In this document: piece after piece, positions 19,458 to 29,392 of the stretch | How positions within the stretch are numbered: position 1 is the stretch's first letter | How the letters are laid out: every line of letters starts with the position of its first letter | From: Marinicella sp. | GTDB lineage: Bacteria; Pseudomonadota; Gammaproteobacteria; Xanthomonadales; Marinicellaceae | Assembly: GCA_965230295.1 (NCBI GenBank) | Contig: OZ246001.1 | Coordinates: 2,880,001-2,944,000 of the forward strand | Length of the DNA stretch: 64,000 nt | Direction of reading: 5' to 3' | The notes under the pieces: model-generated | What the model saw: only the letters and a program-made list of their open reading frames with translations | What the model was told of the DNA's origin: nothing | Database searches by the model: none | Program-made: the position numbers and the translations under genes

Positions 19458-20985
19458 GCTGAATCAGTTGCTTGAATATGTTGAGGTTGGCATGTTTGAC
19501 GGGTTTAAGTAAATGTAAGTAGTCAGCTTCTATCAGGTGTTCGTCAGCATACAATTGTTGTAGGTAATTTTCAATGCCATTGATGTGACCAATTTCGACC
19601 ATGTTGAGCAAGGCGGTGATGTGTTCATTGGTCAAAGTCAGTTGTAATTCATTGGTTTCATGTTTGGGTGTAAGTGAAGCTTGTTGCCAGCCGAGGTTTA
19701 ACAGCTCATTCAATTGGTTCAAAAGCTGGTTGATTTTGATGGGCTTGGTGAGGTAGGCATCATGTGGCTGGTGTTGGTTAGATTCCATGTCTCTGGGGTT
19801 GGCAGACAACATCATGATTTGGGTGGTTGGTGATTGTTGCTTAAGCCACTTCGCCAGTTGCCACCCGGACATGCCTGGCATGGATACGTCGAGGATGGCC
19901 AGGTCAACCACTTCTTCATCAGTCAGCTTGTTGATGATGTGTTGCGCAGCTTTTCCTTGGTCTGCATGCAGTACATTGAATTCATAAGGCGAAAGAATAT
20001 TGGCGATCAGATCACGGTGTGACTGTTCATCATCAACCAATAGTAAGGTGTGTTGAGCACAGGATTCTATGGTTTGACTGTTTTGCTCTGAAGCGATGGA
20101 TGCGTTGCCCATGGCTTGGGTTGAGAGCATGATTTTGAAAATGAATTCGCTGCCATGGCCTGGTATGCTTTTGACCTGGATGTCACCGCCTAACAGATCA
20201 ACCAACAGTTGCGTGATGGACAAACCCAGACCTGTACCGGTGATGTGTTTTTGACCTTGTTCAATGCGCTCAAATGGTTTGAAGATGCGAGACAAGTCTT
20301 CGGTTTTGATGCCACATCCGCTGTCTTTGATAGTAAAAGAAGCCACTTGGTTGCGGTAGGAGGTGTTGAACTCAATCAACCCTTGATCGGTGAATTTAAT
20401 CGCGTTTGACAGTAAGTTAATCAGTATTTGTTGTAATCGTTTTTGATCCGTCTTTACCCGCTTGGGCATGTTTTCAGTAAGCTGGGTCACGAATTTAAGG
20501 CCCTTTTGCTCAGCTTGTGTTTTGAACATCAGGCTGAGGTTGTCTAATAATTCGTGCAAGTTGAAATCATCATATTGAACCTTCAGTTTGCCAGACTCAA
20601 TGGCTGAAAATTCCAGGATGCCTTCAATCAAATGAGCCAGGTGTTCACAATTGTGCCGCATCAAGCTGAATTTTTCTTTGTTGGGGTCGCTTTCACCGGC
20701 TTGGTTTTCCAGTAATTGGGCATAACCCATGATGACATTCAACGGGGTGCGCAATTCATGTGAAATGCCTGAAAGGTAACGGTTTTTGGCTTGGTTGGCT
20801 GCTTCGGCATCGGCTTTGGCAGTATCCAGCTGTTGCTGTTTGGTGGTCAGTTGTTGCAATTGATCTTGGGTGTTGATGATGACTTGATTGGCAGTTTTCA
20901 GTTTATGGTAAAGCCACCAAACAACGCCCATCAAAATAAAGGCAGTTAGCAACAAAGCAACAATGCTGAAGGGACTGGTCATCAT
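19444..20985 (-). CDS. Hybrid histidine kinase (single TM, HisKA, HATPase, REC)
   Basis: SHELRTPLN, NLLSNAIKFT, DSGCGI, GTGLGL, C-terminal REC LDVSMPGMSG. Confidence 0.93.
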   Translation of the reverse strand: MMTSPFSIVALLLTAFILMGVVWWLYHKLKTANQVIINTQDQLQQLTTKQQQLDTAKADAEAANQAKNRYLSGISHELRTPLNVIMGYAQLLENQAGESDPNKEKFSLMRHNCEHLAHLIEGILEFSAIESGKLKVQYDDFNLHELLDNLSLMFKTQAEQKGLKFVTQLTENMPKRVKTDQKRLQQILINLLSNAIKFTDQGLIEFNTSYRNQVASFTIKDSGCGIKTEDLSRIFKPFERIEQGQKHITGTGLGLSITQLLVDLLGGDIQVKSIPGHGSEFIFKIMLSTQAMGNASIASEQNSQTIESCAQHTLLLVDDEQSHRDLIANILSPYEFNVLHADQGKAAQHIINKLTDEEVVDLAILDVSMPGMSGWQLAKWLKQQSPTTQIMMLSANPRDMESNQHQPHDAYLTKPIKINQLLNQLNELLNLGWQQASLTPKHETNELQLTLTNEHITALLNMVEIGHINGIENYLQQLYADEHLIEADYLHLLKPVKHANLNIFKQLIQHETA

Positions 20986-21207
20986 GCTGGTATATTAACA
21001 CCATCCCCACAACAGCTGCAGATAAAGTCATAAAAACCGACCTTCTGTGGGTGTTTAATTTTGCATGGCATAATTGATCATAATGAAGTCATAATTTAGT
21101 CATTTTTAACAGGCAAGATGAATTGTAAAACAGTATGGCGGAACATATAAAATGCATTGCTTATGTTATAATTTCCGCATAAATTCAATTTTGTTAGGAG
21201 AGAAACA

Positions 21208-22332
21208 ATGAAGAAAAAACTACTGGCTATATCCCTGTCTTGTTTGGCAGGTGCAGCCTTGGCCAATGACCATGATGACCGTTGGATGCTGTCACCCAGC
21301 TTGATTTTTACAGCTGCAGATGGTGCTAAGAATGTTGAAGATGACTTTGGTTTTGGTTTGGGGCTGGGTAAATTCCTGAATGAAAAATGGTCACTTGACT
21401 TCGAATTGGACTCTACAAATTTTGATGACAAGAACAGCAGCGGATCGATAGACCAGACTGGTTTGGGTTTGATGGCCAGGTATCATTTCAATACCGATGA
21501 CAGCATGCGTCCATTTCTGGGAGTGGGGGCAGGTTATTTGGATCACAATGGCAGTGGCGCTGCCCGGGGAGTTGATTCATCTGACTTCATGTTGAACTTG
21601 AGTGCAGGTTTGCGCAAAAACATCAACGAGCGTGTGGGCTTCATCACTGAAATTAAATACCGCTTGGATACCGATGATTACGTTGGTACCAACAGCAGTT
21701 ATGACGACTACTTGTTCAGTATGGGGTTGAACATCGCATTGGGTGCCGCCAAATCTGCACCTGAAGCGGCGGCTCCACTGGTTGAACCAGCACCTCAGTT
21801 AGATTCTGATGGTGATGGTGTCAGTGACCAAAACGATCGTTGTCCTGATACACCTGCTGGTTTGAAGGTAAATGCCCAAGGTTGTCATGACCATGATCAC
21901 GACAAAGATGGGGTGATGAACGTTAAAGACAAATGTCCTGATTCCAGCCCTGGAGCTGTGGTCAATGCAGATGGTTGTGAAGAAGCGGCACAAGTGGTGA
22001 TTGAACTACAAGGTGTGTACTTTGATTTAGACAAAGCGACTTTGAAACCTGAATCCATTGCGATCTTAGATGCGGCTGTTAAAACCATGGGTGCACACGG
22101 TACTTTGGTGGTTGAAGTGGCTGGTCATACCGACTCAAGTGCCTCAGAAGCTTACAACCAAAATTTATCTGAACGTCGTGCCAAAGTGGTATATGACTAC
22201 TTGGTTGATCAAGGCGTTGCCGCTGATCGCATGACTTGGAAAGGTTATGGTGAGTTGAATCCGATTGCCCCGAATGACACGGAAGAGGGTCGAGCGAAAA
22301 ACAGAAGAACTGAATTGGTCATTCAAGACTGA
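21208..22332 (+). CDS. OmpA/OprF-family outer membrane protein with thrombospondin type-3-like repeats
   Basis: Signal peptide, beta-barrel N-domain, DSDGDGV..D.CP repeats, GHTDS..YNQNLSERRA..NRRTE. Confidence 0.93.
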   Translation: MKKKLLAISLSCLAGAALANDHDDRWMLSPSLIFTAADGAKNVEDDFGFGLGLGKFLNEKWSLDFELDSTNFDDKNSSGSIDQTGLGLMARYHFNTDDSMRPFLGVGAGYLDHNGSGAARGVDSSDFMLNLSAGLRKNINERVGFITEIKYRLDTDDYVGTNSSYDDYLFSMGLNIALGAAKSAPEAAAPLVEPAPQLDSDGDGVSDQNDRCPDTPAGLKVNAQGCHDHDHDKDGVMNVKDKCPDSSPGAVVNADGCEEAAQVVIELQGVYFDLDKATLKPESIAILDAAVKTMGAHGTLVVEVAGHTDSSASEAYNQNLSERRAKVVYDYLVDQGVAADRMTWKGYGELNPIAPNDTEEGRAKNRRTELVIQD

Positions 22333-22348
22333 TCAGTTCCTTTCAATC

Positions 22349-22380
22349 AAAAAAAGCCCGAGTTATTCGGGCTTTTTTTT
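22349..22380. terminator. Bidirectional rho-independent terminator overlapping the comEC stop
   Basis: AAAAAAAGCCCGAG-TTA-TTCGGGCTTTTTTTT. Confidence 0.88.
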
Positions 22381-24624
22381 GCGCCAAATTCGAGGTTGGT
22401 CCTTGCGCAAGCTGTTGATTTTCAGTGCTGGAAAAGTCTGCAATGTGATTAAACCACTGGTTTGGGTATCGGTGATGGGCAGGCCTAACTGATGGTACCT
22501 TTCAACAACTGTTGCAGCAGGGTGGTTGAATGGATTGAATTGGCCAGAAGAATTGATCACCTGTTTTGGACTCACTGCAACAATAAAATCTTCAGTTGAT
22601 GATGTTTTGCTGCCATGGTGTGGCATCAACAGCACATCAGCGGTCAGTTCATCGTGTTGCATCTGTGACAGCCGATATTCTACCGGGGCTTCAATGTCGC
22701 CTGTCAGCAGTAAGCCAAGATTACTGGCCCTGATTTTCAACACACAGGAACTGTTGTTGTGCAAATACGGCGTTAAATTCAAAGGACTCAAAAAGCTGAA
22801 TTCAACCCCGTCCCAAGTCCATTTTTCACCAGCATAACAAGGTTGGTGTTGATTTTCTGTACCCCAGGTTTTAACCACTGGCATGGCTTTTTGGAACCGC
22901 TGTGCAGCACCAGAATGATCGTTGTCCTGATGAGAGAGGATCAAGGCATCTATCTGTTTGATGTGATGGTTTTGCAAAAATGGCAGCACAACGGCATCTG
23001 CCATATTAAAGCCACTGTCATAAGTCGCACCCACATCATAGACCATGGTGTGATTTTGGGTTTCAATCACCACTGAAAGCCCTTGCCCAACATCGAGGAA
23101 AGAGGCCTTGAAATGACCCTCGGGTGGTTTGTCTGTGGGAGAGAGTAGTCCAAGTAACACCAGTAACACCCCCCAATACCGTTGTGGTATTGCTTTGGGC
23201 AAGGTCAGTAACAAGGCGCCCATGATCAAAACCAAATACTGCCACCAATGATTGATGGCCAGTTGCAAGGTAACCTGGTCAAATTGGTTGAACCAGCTGA
23301 GCAGTGATAACAGGTGGCTACTGCAAATGTTGAGCAGTTTGACCAAAACTGCCGGAAATTCTTGCCACAAGCTGCCAGTCAATAACAACAACATCAACAA
23401 TGGGATCAATACAAAGGACATCAATGGAATCATGATTAAATTGACCATGGGTGACAACAAGTTGATTCTGGAAAAGAATGCCAAGCTTAGCGGCAGCATC
23501 CCAACCAACAAGGACAGTTGCATTTGCAGAAAAGTTTGGCTCTTGGCTTGCTTCATGGGACTGCCATTGAATGCCAGAATCAAGACAGCAACTGCAGTGA
23601 AAGAGAGCCAGAAACCACCATCAAGTACATTCAAAGGATCGATCAACATAACCAACAACAAACTCATTGACCAAACATCCCAGGCATAACTGGTTCGCCG
23701 ACTCATTTTAAAAAAGCCATAAACACCTAACATGATCAAAGCCCTTTGTGTGGCCACGGTGAATCCAGCCAACCCGGCATAAAAAGTAGCAAACAATAAA
23801 CCAAAAATGACTTGAATCACTGGTCTCGTGTGATTTTGTCGTGGCCACATAAAAAACACCAATCCACCAACTAACCACCCAAACATGGCCACCATACCAA
23901 TGTGTAATCCGGAGATGGCAATCAAATGTGCTGTGCCCGTGTTTTGGAACATCAGTCGACTCTGTTGATCAAAATGTGATTTATCACCAATTGATAAGGC
24001 ATGAATCAATGCATTGACCGGAGGATCGGTGAAATGCTGGTTGATTTCATTTGAGAACCAGGAGCGCCAAGGGTCAATCGATAAACCGTGGTTGGGTTTT
24101 TGTTTGTCTATCTGAACGGCAGTGATACTTCCGATGCCATCGATTCCATGCCGGAATAACCATTTTTCACGGTCAAAGCCGACACCATTGGCCATCCCAT
24201 GGGGTGGTTTTAGGTTGGCTGTGATGTTATATATCGCATTGGTTTGATAGTTAATGATTGGTCGAGAGCTGGTCAAATAATGATTCAGCAAATACCTGTG
24301 ACCAGTCACTGTGTCGGTACCGATGAAGCTGACTTTATTGGATGTGAATTTAGGTAAACCATCGATCCGAACATGGATGTCTTTGGTGGTCGGTGAAGGT
24401 AATTGTTGCTGTAGTTGAATATGACAAAACAGCAGGGCATACAACAAACCCGCTGATAGCCAAATCAGAGGCTTGACTGATTTGAATTTAAGGTGAATGG
24501 CTGTCAGTAAGACCAGGGCTGATGTCAGTGTGAGCAAACCAGGCACAGAAATTTCTTCAGGCAGCCACAAGATTTGTGCGGCGCCCAGCAAAAACAACAA
24601 GGCGTAAACAGGTTTAAAAATCAA
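22363..24624 (-). CDS. comEC: DNA internalization competence protein ComEC/Rec2
   Basis: GTAHLIAISGLHIG, FLDVGQG, SHQDNDHSG, TGDIE, PHHGSKTSS; located after lolD. Confidence 0.93.
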   Translation of the reverse strand: MIFKPVYALLFLLGAAQILWLPEEISVPGLLTLTSALVLLTAIHLKFKSVKPLIWLSAGLLYALLFCHIQLQQQLPSPTTKDIHVRIDGLPKFTSNKVSFIGTDTVTGHRYLLNHYLTSSRPIINYQTNAIYNITANLKPPHGMANGVGFDREKWLFRHGIDGIGSITAVQIDKQKPNHGLSIDPWRSWFSNEINQHFTDPPVNALIHALSIGDKSHFDQQSRLMFQNTGTAHLIAISGLHIGMVAMFGWLVGGLVFFMWPRQNHTRPVIQVIFGLLFATFYAGLAGFTVATQRALIMLGVYGFFKMSRRTSYAWDVWSMSLLLVMLIDPLNVLDGGFWLSFTAVAVLILAFNGSPMKQAKSQTFLQMQLSLLVGMLPLSLAFFSRINLLSPMVNLIMIPLMSFVLIPLLMLLLLTGSLWQEFPAVLVKLLNICSSHLLSLLSWFNQFDQVTLQLAINHWWQYLVLIMGALLLTLPKAIPQRYWGVLLVLLGLLSPTDKPPEGHFKASFLDVGQGLSVVIETQNHTMVYDVGATYDSGFNMADAVVLPFLQNHHIKQIDALILSHQDNDHSGAAQRFQKAMPVVKTWGTENQHQPCYAGEKWTWDGVEFSFLSPLNLTPYLHNNSSCVLKIRASNLGLLLTGDIEAPVEYRLSQMQHDELTADVLLMPHHGSKTSSTEDFIVAVSPKQVINSSGQFNPFNHPAATVVERYHQLGLPITDTQTSGLITLQTFPALKINSLRKDQPRIWRKKKPE

Positions 24625-24634
24625 TTTTTACTTT

Positions 24635-25321
24635 TTAAAGGACGTGTTCCAGGGTCCCATGGTTTAACAAATATTTTTTATGCATCTGGCTGGCAACTTT
24701 TTGGTCATGAGTTACCAACACCAATGCCGTGTTGTACTGTTCTTTTAAGTCAATGAATAACTGCATCACGGACGCAGCGGTGTCTTCATCCAGGTTGCCA
24801 GTGGGTTCATCGGCCAAGATGCAGGCTGGTTGGGTGACCATGGCACGAGCAATGGCTGCTCTTTGTCTTTCTCCACCAGACAATTGAGCGGGGCGATGAG
24901 TCAGCCGATCTGACAGGCCCACTTGATCCAGTAATTCTTTGGCCTTGATTTTGGCTTCGGTTTTGGCTGTCTTACCGATCAACAAAGGCATCATGACGTT
25001 TTCCAATGCTGAAAATTCAGGCAACAGGTGATGGAATTGATACACAAAGCCCAGATGCCGGTTCCTTAATACGCCACGCTGTTTGTTGTTTAATGTGGAA
25101 AGTGCTTTGCCATTGATATGAATGTCGCCTTTGCTGGGCGAATCCAAACCACCCAGCAGGTGTAATAAAGTACTTTTACCGGTTCCGGATGCACCCATGA
25201 TGGCCACGGTTTCACCTGCTTCAATAGAAAAATTCAAATTTTCAAATATCTCAATGGTTTTTTCGCCATCTGTGAAGTGCTTGGCCAGATGCTCACAACT
25301 CAATACGATTGGATTACTCAT
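24635..25321 (-). CDS. lolD: Lipoprotein-releasing ABC transporter ATPase
   Basis: GASGTGKS, GFVYQFHHLLPEFSALENV, LSGGERQR, ADEPTGNLD. Confidence 0.96.
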   Translation of the reverse strand: MSNPIVLSCEHLAKHFTDGEKTIEIFENLNFSIEAGETVAIMGASGTGKSTLLHLLGGLDSPSKGDIHINGKALSTLNNKQRGVLRNRHLGFVYQFHHLLPEFSALENVMMPLLIGKTAKTEAKIKAKELLDQVGLSDRLTHRPAQLSGGERQRAAIARAMVTQPACILADEPTGNLDEDTAASVMQLFIDLKEQYNTALVLVTHDQKVASQMHKKYLLNHGTLEHVL

Positions 25322-26558
25322 ACCTCAATGCCTCCGCTGGTTCTACCCGCGATGCACGCCATGCTGGGTATAAAGTTGCCAAGATTGAAAGGCCAAATGC
25401 AATACCAACTATGGTCACCACATCATAAGTTTGTAAATCGGCAGAAATCTCAGTGATGTAATAAACATCTTTGGATAAAAACTCAGTATTGAACCACCCT
25501 TCAAGTGTTTGAATGATGCTGTTGATATTGATGGCAAACAAGATGCCCAAAACTGTTCCAATGGTGGTGCCGATCAAACCAATTAAGGTGCCAGATACCA
25601 TAAATATGCCCATGATTTGGCTGCCTGACATGCCTAATGTGCGCAAAATGGCCACATCAGATTGCTTCTCTGTCACCAGCATCACCAATGTAGATAAAAT
25701 ATTGAATGCTGCCACTGCCACGATCATCGATAAAATGATGAACATCACCATGCGTTCGGTGCGGGTGGCCTTGAAAAAATTGACATGTTCTTGGGTCCAG
25801 TCACGGATGCGGTAAAACCCTTCCAAGTCTGGTGCCAATTCTCGAGCAATTTGTGGCGCTTGCATCAAGTCATCCACTTTGATCCTGACCCCTTCAGCTG
25901 AACCTTCAGGAATGCGCATGAGTTTTCTGGCATCTTCAAGGTGAATCAAAGCCATTTTGAAATCATATTCATACATACCCACTTCAAAGATCCCGCTAAC
26001 GGTAAACCGCTTAAGCCTGGGTGTCACTCCAACAGCAGTGGTTCTGAACTCAGGTACATACAATGTAACGGTGTCTCCAGGGATGACGCCCAAGTGGGCC
26101 GCCAGATCAATTCCTAAAATGATGTTGAATTCACCACTTTTGAGGTCATCTAAGACGCCATTTCGCATGGCATCTTGAAACTCAGTCACTTGAGTTTCTA
26201 ATTCTGGCAACACGCCTTGAATCAAAGCACCCTCTGTTCTGAATCCTTGAAGCATACCTTCTGTCTGGATATAAGGGGCTGCTCCAACGACTTTAGGGTT
26301 GTTCTTTACCTGATCAATGGCGTTTTTCCAGTCATCTAAATGTTCACCCTTAAAGGCTGAAATGGTGGCATGAGATACGGTACTGAGCATCCTTTGTTGG
26401 AATTCTTTGTTGAATCCATTCATCACCGAAATGACCACAATCACGGTCATGACCCCCAATGCAATGCCAGCCATTGAGATCAACGAAATAAACGAAATGA
26501 AATGGTTTTTTCGTTTGGCTTTGGTGTATCTGAGTCCAATAAATAAGGGTAAGTTCAT
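25314..26558 (-). CDS. lolC: Lipoprotein-releasing ABC transporter permease, LolC/E family (single copy at this locus)
   Basis: FISFISLISMAGIALGV, SVMNGF, AILRTLG, YPAWRASRVEPAEALRYE; ATG 26558 preferred over GTG 26570. Confidence 0.93.
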   Translation of the reverse strand: MNLPLFIGLRYTKAKRKNHFISFISLISMAGIALGVMTVIVVISVMNGFNKEFQQRMLSTVSHATISAFKGEHLDDWKNAIDQVKNNPKVVGAAPYIQTEGMLQGFRTEGALIQGVLPELETQVTEFQDAMRNGVLDDLKSGEFNIILGIDLAAHLGVIPGDTVTLYVPEFRTTAVGVTPRLKRFTVSGIFEVGMYEYDFKMALIHLEDARKLMRIPEGSAEGVRIKVDDLMQAPQIARELAPDLEGFYRIRDWTQEHVNFFKATRTERMVMFIILSMIVAVAAFNILSTLVMLVTEKQSDVAILRTLGMSGSQIMGIFMVSGTLIGLIGTTIGTVLGILFAININSIIQTLEGWFNTEFLSKDVYYITEISADLQTYDVVTIVGIAFGLSILATLYPAWRASRVEPAEALRYE

Positions 26559-26662
26559 AAACAGTTCCACTGAATCAGCTGTATTGTGGCCTAAACAGCC
26601 TATAGACTCAATGTATTAATAAAAGTTTTGTTGGCAGGTTCCATTTGTAAATCAATGGGCAT

Positions 26663-26697
26663 AAAAAAAGCCGTTCACTGTTATGAGTGACGGCTTT
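26663..26697 (-). terminator. Rho-independent terminator after the acidic lipoprotein gene
   Basis: AAAAAAAGCCGTTCACT...AGTGACGGCTTT; U-tract on the minus strand. Confidence 0.8.
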
Positions 26698-26719
26698 AAT
26701 TTTTGGTGAGAAGATGAGG

Positions 26720-27145
26720 TCAGTTATCTGTATCGTCATCTTCAACCAAATCTTCGGCTTTGTCCTGGGCGGCATCGACCATATCTTCGGCCTTGTCCTG
26801 TGCCGCATCAACCAATTCATCTGCTTTTTCCGAGGCGGCATCAACCACATCTTCAGCTTGGTTCTTGACAGCATCTACCACGTCCGCTGTTTTATCGACC
26901 CCATCCTCGTACAATTCATCGACTTGATCTGCCATAGCTTTCCCGGCTTCAGCGGCGTCTTGAACACCAGACTCAACGGCATCGCTGATCGCATCTACTT
27001 GCTGTTCTGTCTTGTCAGCTACTTTTTGCATTTCTGTTTTGGTTTTTTCCATGGCTGTGTCATTAGACTTGGCAGCCTCTTCACCACAGGCTGATAAGCC
27101 CAAAATCACCACACTACTGATCATTAAATATTTTATTAATTGCAT
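26720..27145 (-). CDS. Small acidic lipoprotein with 11-residue helical repeats
   Basis: Lipobox LSAC; repeats AEDVVDAASEK / ADELVDAAQDK / AEDMVDAAQDK. Confidence 0.85.
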   Translation of the reverse strand: MQLIKYLMISSVVILGLSACGEEAAKSNDTAMEKTKTEMQKVADKTEQQVDAISDAVESGVQDAAEAGKAMADQVDELYEDGVDKTADVVDAVKNQAEDVVDAASEKADELVDAAQDKAEDMVDAAQDKAEDLVEDDDTDN

Positions 27146-27280
27146 ACTCTTTTACTCCTCAACAATGATTCAATTTCATAGTCATTCAACAGTTGTTCAT
27201 GACTAAGCGCCATACACTATATCAAATCATTTTGGATAAAAAGTAGAACCGGTCACAATTAACAGTGGTTTACATTCATT

Positions 27281-27296
27281 TGGCACAACTGGTGCT
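27281..27296 (+). promoter_or_regulatory. Putative sigma54 (-24/-12) promoter
   Basis: TGGCACAACTGGTGCT: exact GG-N10-GC spacing, close to consensus TGGCAC-N5-TTGCW. Confidence 0.65.
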
Positions 27297-27306
27297 AGAC
27301 TACTCG

Positions 27307-27412
27307 GATAAATTGGAAAGTGCGCGAGCACTGTTTGATTTATGTTTATTTTTCATGGATCTTAGGATCCAAATTCCCCCTTTAACCCAGGATCCTTTCC
27401 TGGGTTTTTTTT
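27307..27412 (+). ncRNA. Candidate small regulatory RNA (about 105 nt)
   Basis: Follows the sigma54-like promoter; hairpins AGTGC-GCGA-GCACT and TGGATC-TTAG-GATCCA, a U-rich linker, a CCCCC tract and an orphan terminator AACCCAGGA...TCCTGGGTTTTTTTT with no upstream + strand CDS. Confidence 0.6.
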
Positions 27413-27467
27413 GACTCAAAACAGACGGCCTCATGCTATCATGTGATTTTGCCAATTGACCCCCATT

Positions 27468-29303
27468 ATGAGCCAGAAGAAACCCACCCCAATTAAGGTA
27501 TCATTGTTGTTGATTTTATCGATGATCGGCATGAACACTGTGCAGGCTGGTAATATATGTGACCAACAAACCACAGCCATTCAAGACATTCAGGGAGATC
27601 AGAAAGCCAGCACCATGCCAGGACAAAGTGTTTGGGTCAAAGGGGTCATGACCGGTGATTTTCGTGGGCCTGATTCCTTGGGTGGGTTTTTCCTGCAGAA
27701 CCCAAGTCACCACCCAAACCTGAAAAAATCATCGGGGTTGTTCATCAGTCATTCACTGACGGATACTCCGGTTAAAGCTGGAGATATGGTGTTGGTGCAG
27801 GGCGTGGTTTCTGAAGAATTTGATGTTACCCACCTCACGGAAGTTAAAGTCATCAGGGTTTGTCAGTCTGGTTTGGCTTTGCCTGAACCGGTAGCATTGC
27901 AACTTCCGATGAATCTACCACAGTTGGAAGCCACAGAAGGCATGCGTGTAACCCTGGCTCAACCCCATGTTGTGACTGATGTGTATAACTACCTCAGATT
28001 TGGTGAACTGGTCGTATCTCAAGATTTGATGTTGAGTCCTACAGCACAGTATCGGCCTGGTAGTCAGGTCAAGAAACACGCTAAATTGATCAAAAAAAGC
28101 CAATTGATCATTGATGATGGGTTACTAAGCAAATACCCTTTGAGCTCCATCAAAGGAGCCGATGGTCAGTCTGCCATCACTGCCTCCAACCCAATTCGAA
28201 TCGGACATACCATTCAGGCAACCGGCATCATGCACTATGCCTTTGGTCGTTTTAAACTGCAAGCCACCGAAGCCCTTAAACTGGGTGATGCGTTAGCCAG
28301 TAGTGCAGCCCAGCCTGACATGCCCCAAGGTGCATTGCGTGTGGGTACTTTCAACGTTGAAAATTTTTTTAACTCTTTGGATCTTAATGAAAACAAGTGT
28401 GGACCACTGAAGGATTTTGGCTGTCGCGGGGCAGACAGTAGCCAAGAATTTAAACGCCAACTGGCCAAACTGGTGGCAGTGATCAACAGCACAGATGCAT
28501 CGGTTTTGGGAATCCAGGAGTTGGAAAACAACGATGACCAATCGATCAAAGCCTTGGTGGAGGGTTTGAATGCGGCAGCTGGAGAAGCCAGGTGGGCGTA
28601 CATTGACACCGGTGCATTGGGCGAAGATGTCATTAAGGTTGGACTGATTTATCAACCCAAAATGTTGCAACCAAAAGGATCGTTCGCGTTGTTGAATCAA
28701 GCAGCAGATCCCGAATTTTTGGAACACAGAAATCGCATTGTTGTGACTCAAACCTTCGAGCATGCATCCGGACATGCGGTCAATGTGGCAACCGTACATT
28801 TCAAATCGAAAAGTTGTCGGGATGCGGTTGACCTGGATCTGGACCAAAAAGATGGTCAAAGTTGTTTCAACCCAACCCGCATTCAGGTGGCCAATCAAGT
28901 GGCCAGGTGGTTGGCCAAAGACCCAACAGGTCAAGGTGCCCAAGCGACATTTCTGGTGGGTGATTTTAATTCGTACCAAAAAGAAGATCCCATGCAGGCG
29001 CTTTGGGAACATGGCTACGTCAATACAGCAGCCCACTACCTGGGTGAAAAGAACTGGACAGCCAGTTACCGCGGTATGCTTGGTTCATTGGATTATGTAC
29101 TGGCCAATCAAGCAGCCATGAAATTGACCAAAGGCGCCAGCCAATGGCACATCAACTCAGTTTCTTCACGCGATTTTGGTTACAACCTGGAACCACTGGA
29201 TGAAGGCGTATTCAGGCCAGTCACGTATTATCAAGCAGACCCATACAGTTCATCCGATCATGATGTTGTGTTGACAGGTTTTGATTTTCCAACCAAGCAA
29301 TGA
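27468..29303 (+). CDS. ExeM/NucH family extracellular endonuclease
   Basis: IQDIQG OB-fold start, EGMRV, TFNVENFF, IQELEN, HFKSK, GDFNSY, SLDY, SSDHD; signal peptide. Confidence 0.92.
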   Translation: MSQKKPTPIKVSLLLILSMIGMNTVQAGNICDQQTTAIQDIQGDQKASTMPGQSVWVKGVMTGDFRGPDSLGGFFLQNPSHHPNLKKSSGLFISHSLTDTPVKAGDMVLVQGVVSEEFDVTHLTEVKVIRVCQSGLALPEPVALQLPMNLPQLEATEGMRVTLAQPHVVTDVYNYLRFGELVVSQDLMLSPTAQYRPGSQVKKHAKLIKKSQLIIDDGLLSKYPLSSIKGADGQSAITASNPIRIGHTIQATGIMHYAFGRFKLQATEALKLGDALASSAAQPDMPQGALRVGTFNVENFFNSLDLNENKCGPLKDFGCRGADSSQEFKRQLAKLVAVINSTDASVLGIQELENNDDQSIKALVEGLNAAAGEARWAYIDTGALGEDVIKVGLIYQPKMLQPKGSFALLNQAADPEFLEHRNRIVVTQTFEHASGHAVNVATVHFKSKSCRDAVDLDLDQKDGQSCFNPTRIQVANQVARWLAKDPTGQGAQATFLVGDFNSYQKEDPMQALWEHGYVNTAAHYLGEKNWTASYRGMLGSLDYVLANQAAMKLTKGASQWHINSVSSRDFGYNLEPLDEGVFRPVTYYQADPYSSSDHDVVLTGFDFPTKQ

Positions 29304-29392
29304 TCGGACACAGTCATGACTTTTGCATGATGTAAGCAGCCGGCATGAGCATTAACATAAACACACAATCGATTGTCCACTGGAGGACTCAC

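Noticed and set aside
29260-29303. ExeM C-terminus DVVLTGFDF as a fifth copy of the shared tail motif
   Set aside because: It is the strand directly after the catalytic SDHD of the nuclease fold and lacks the [FY]-[KR]-[DS] core.
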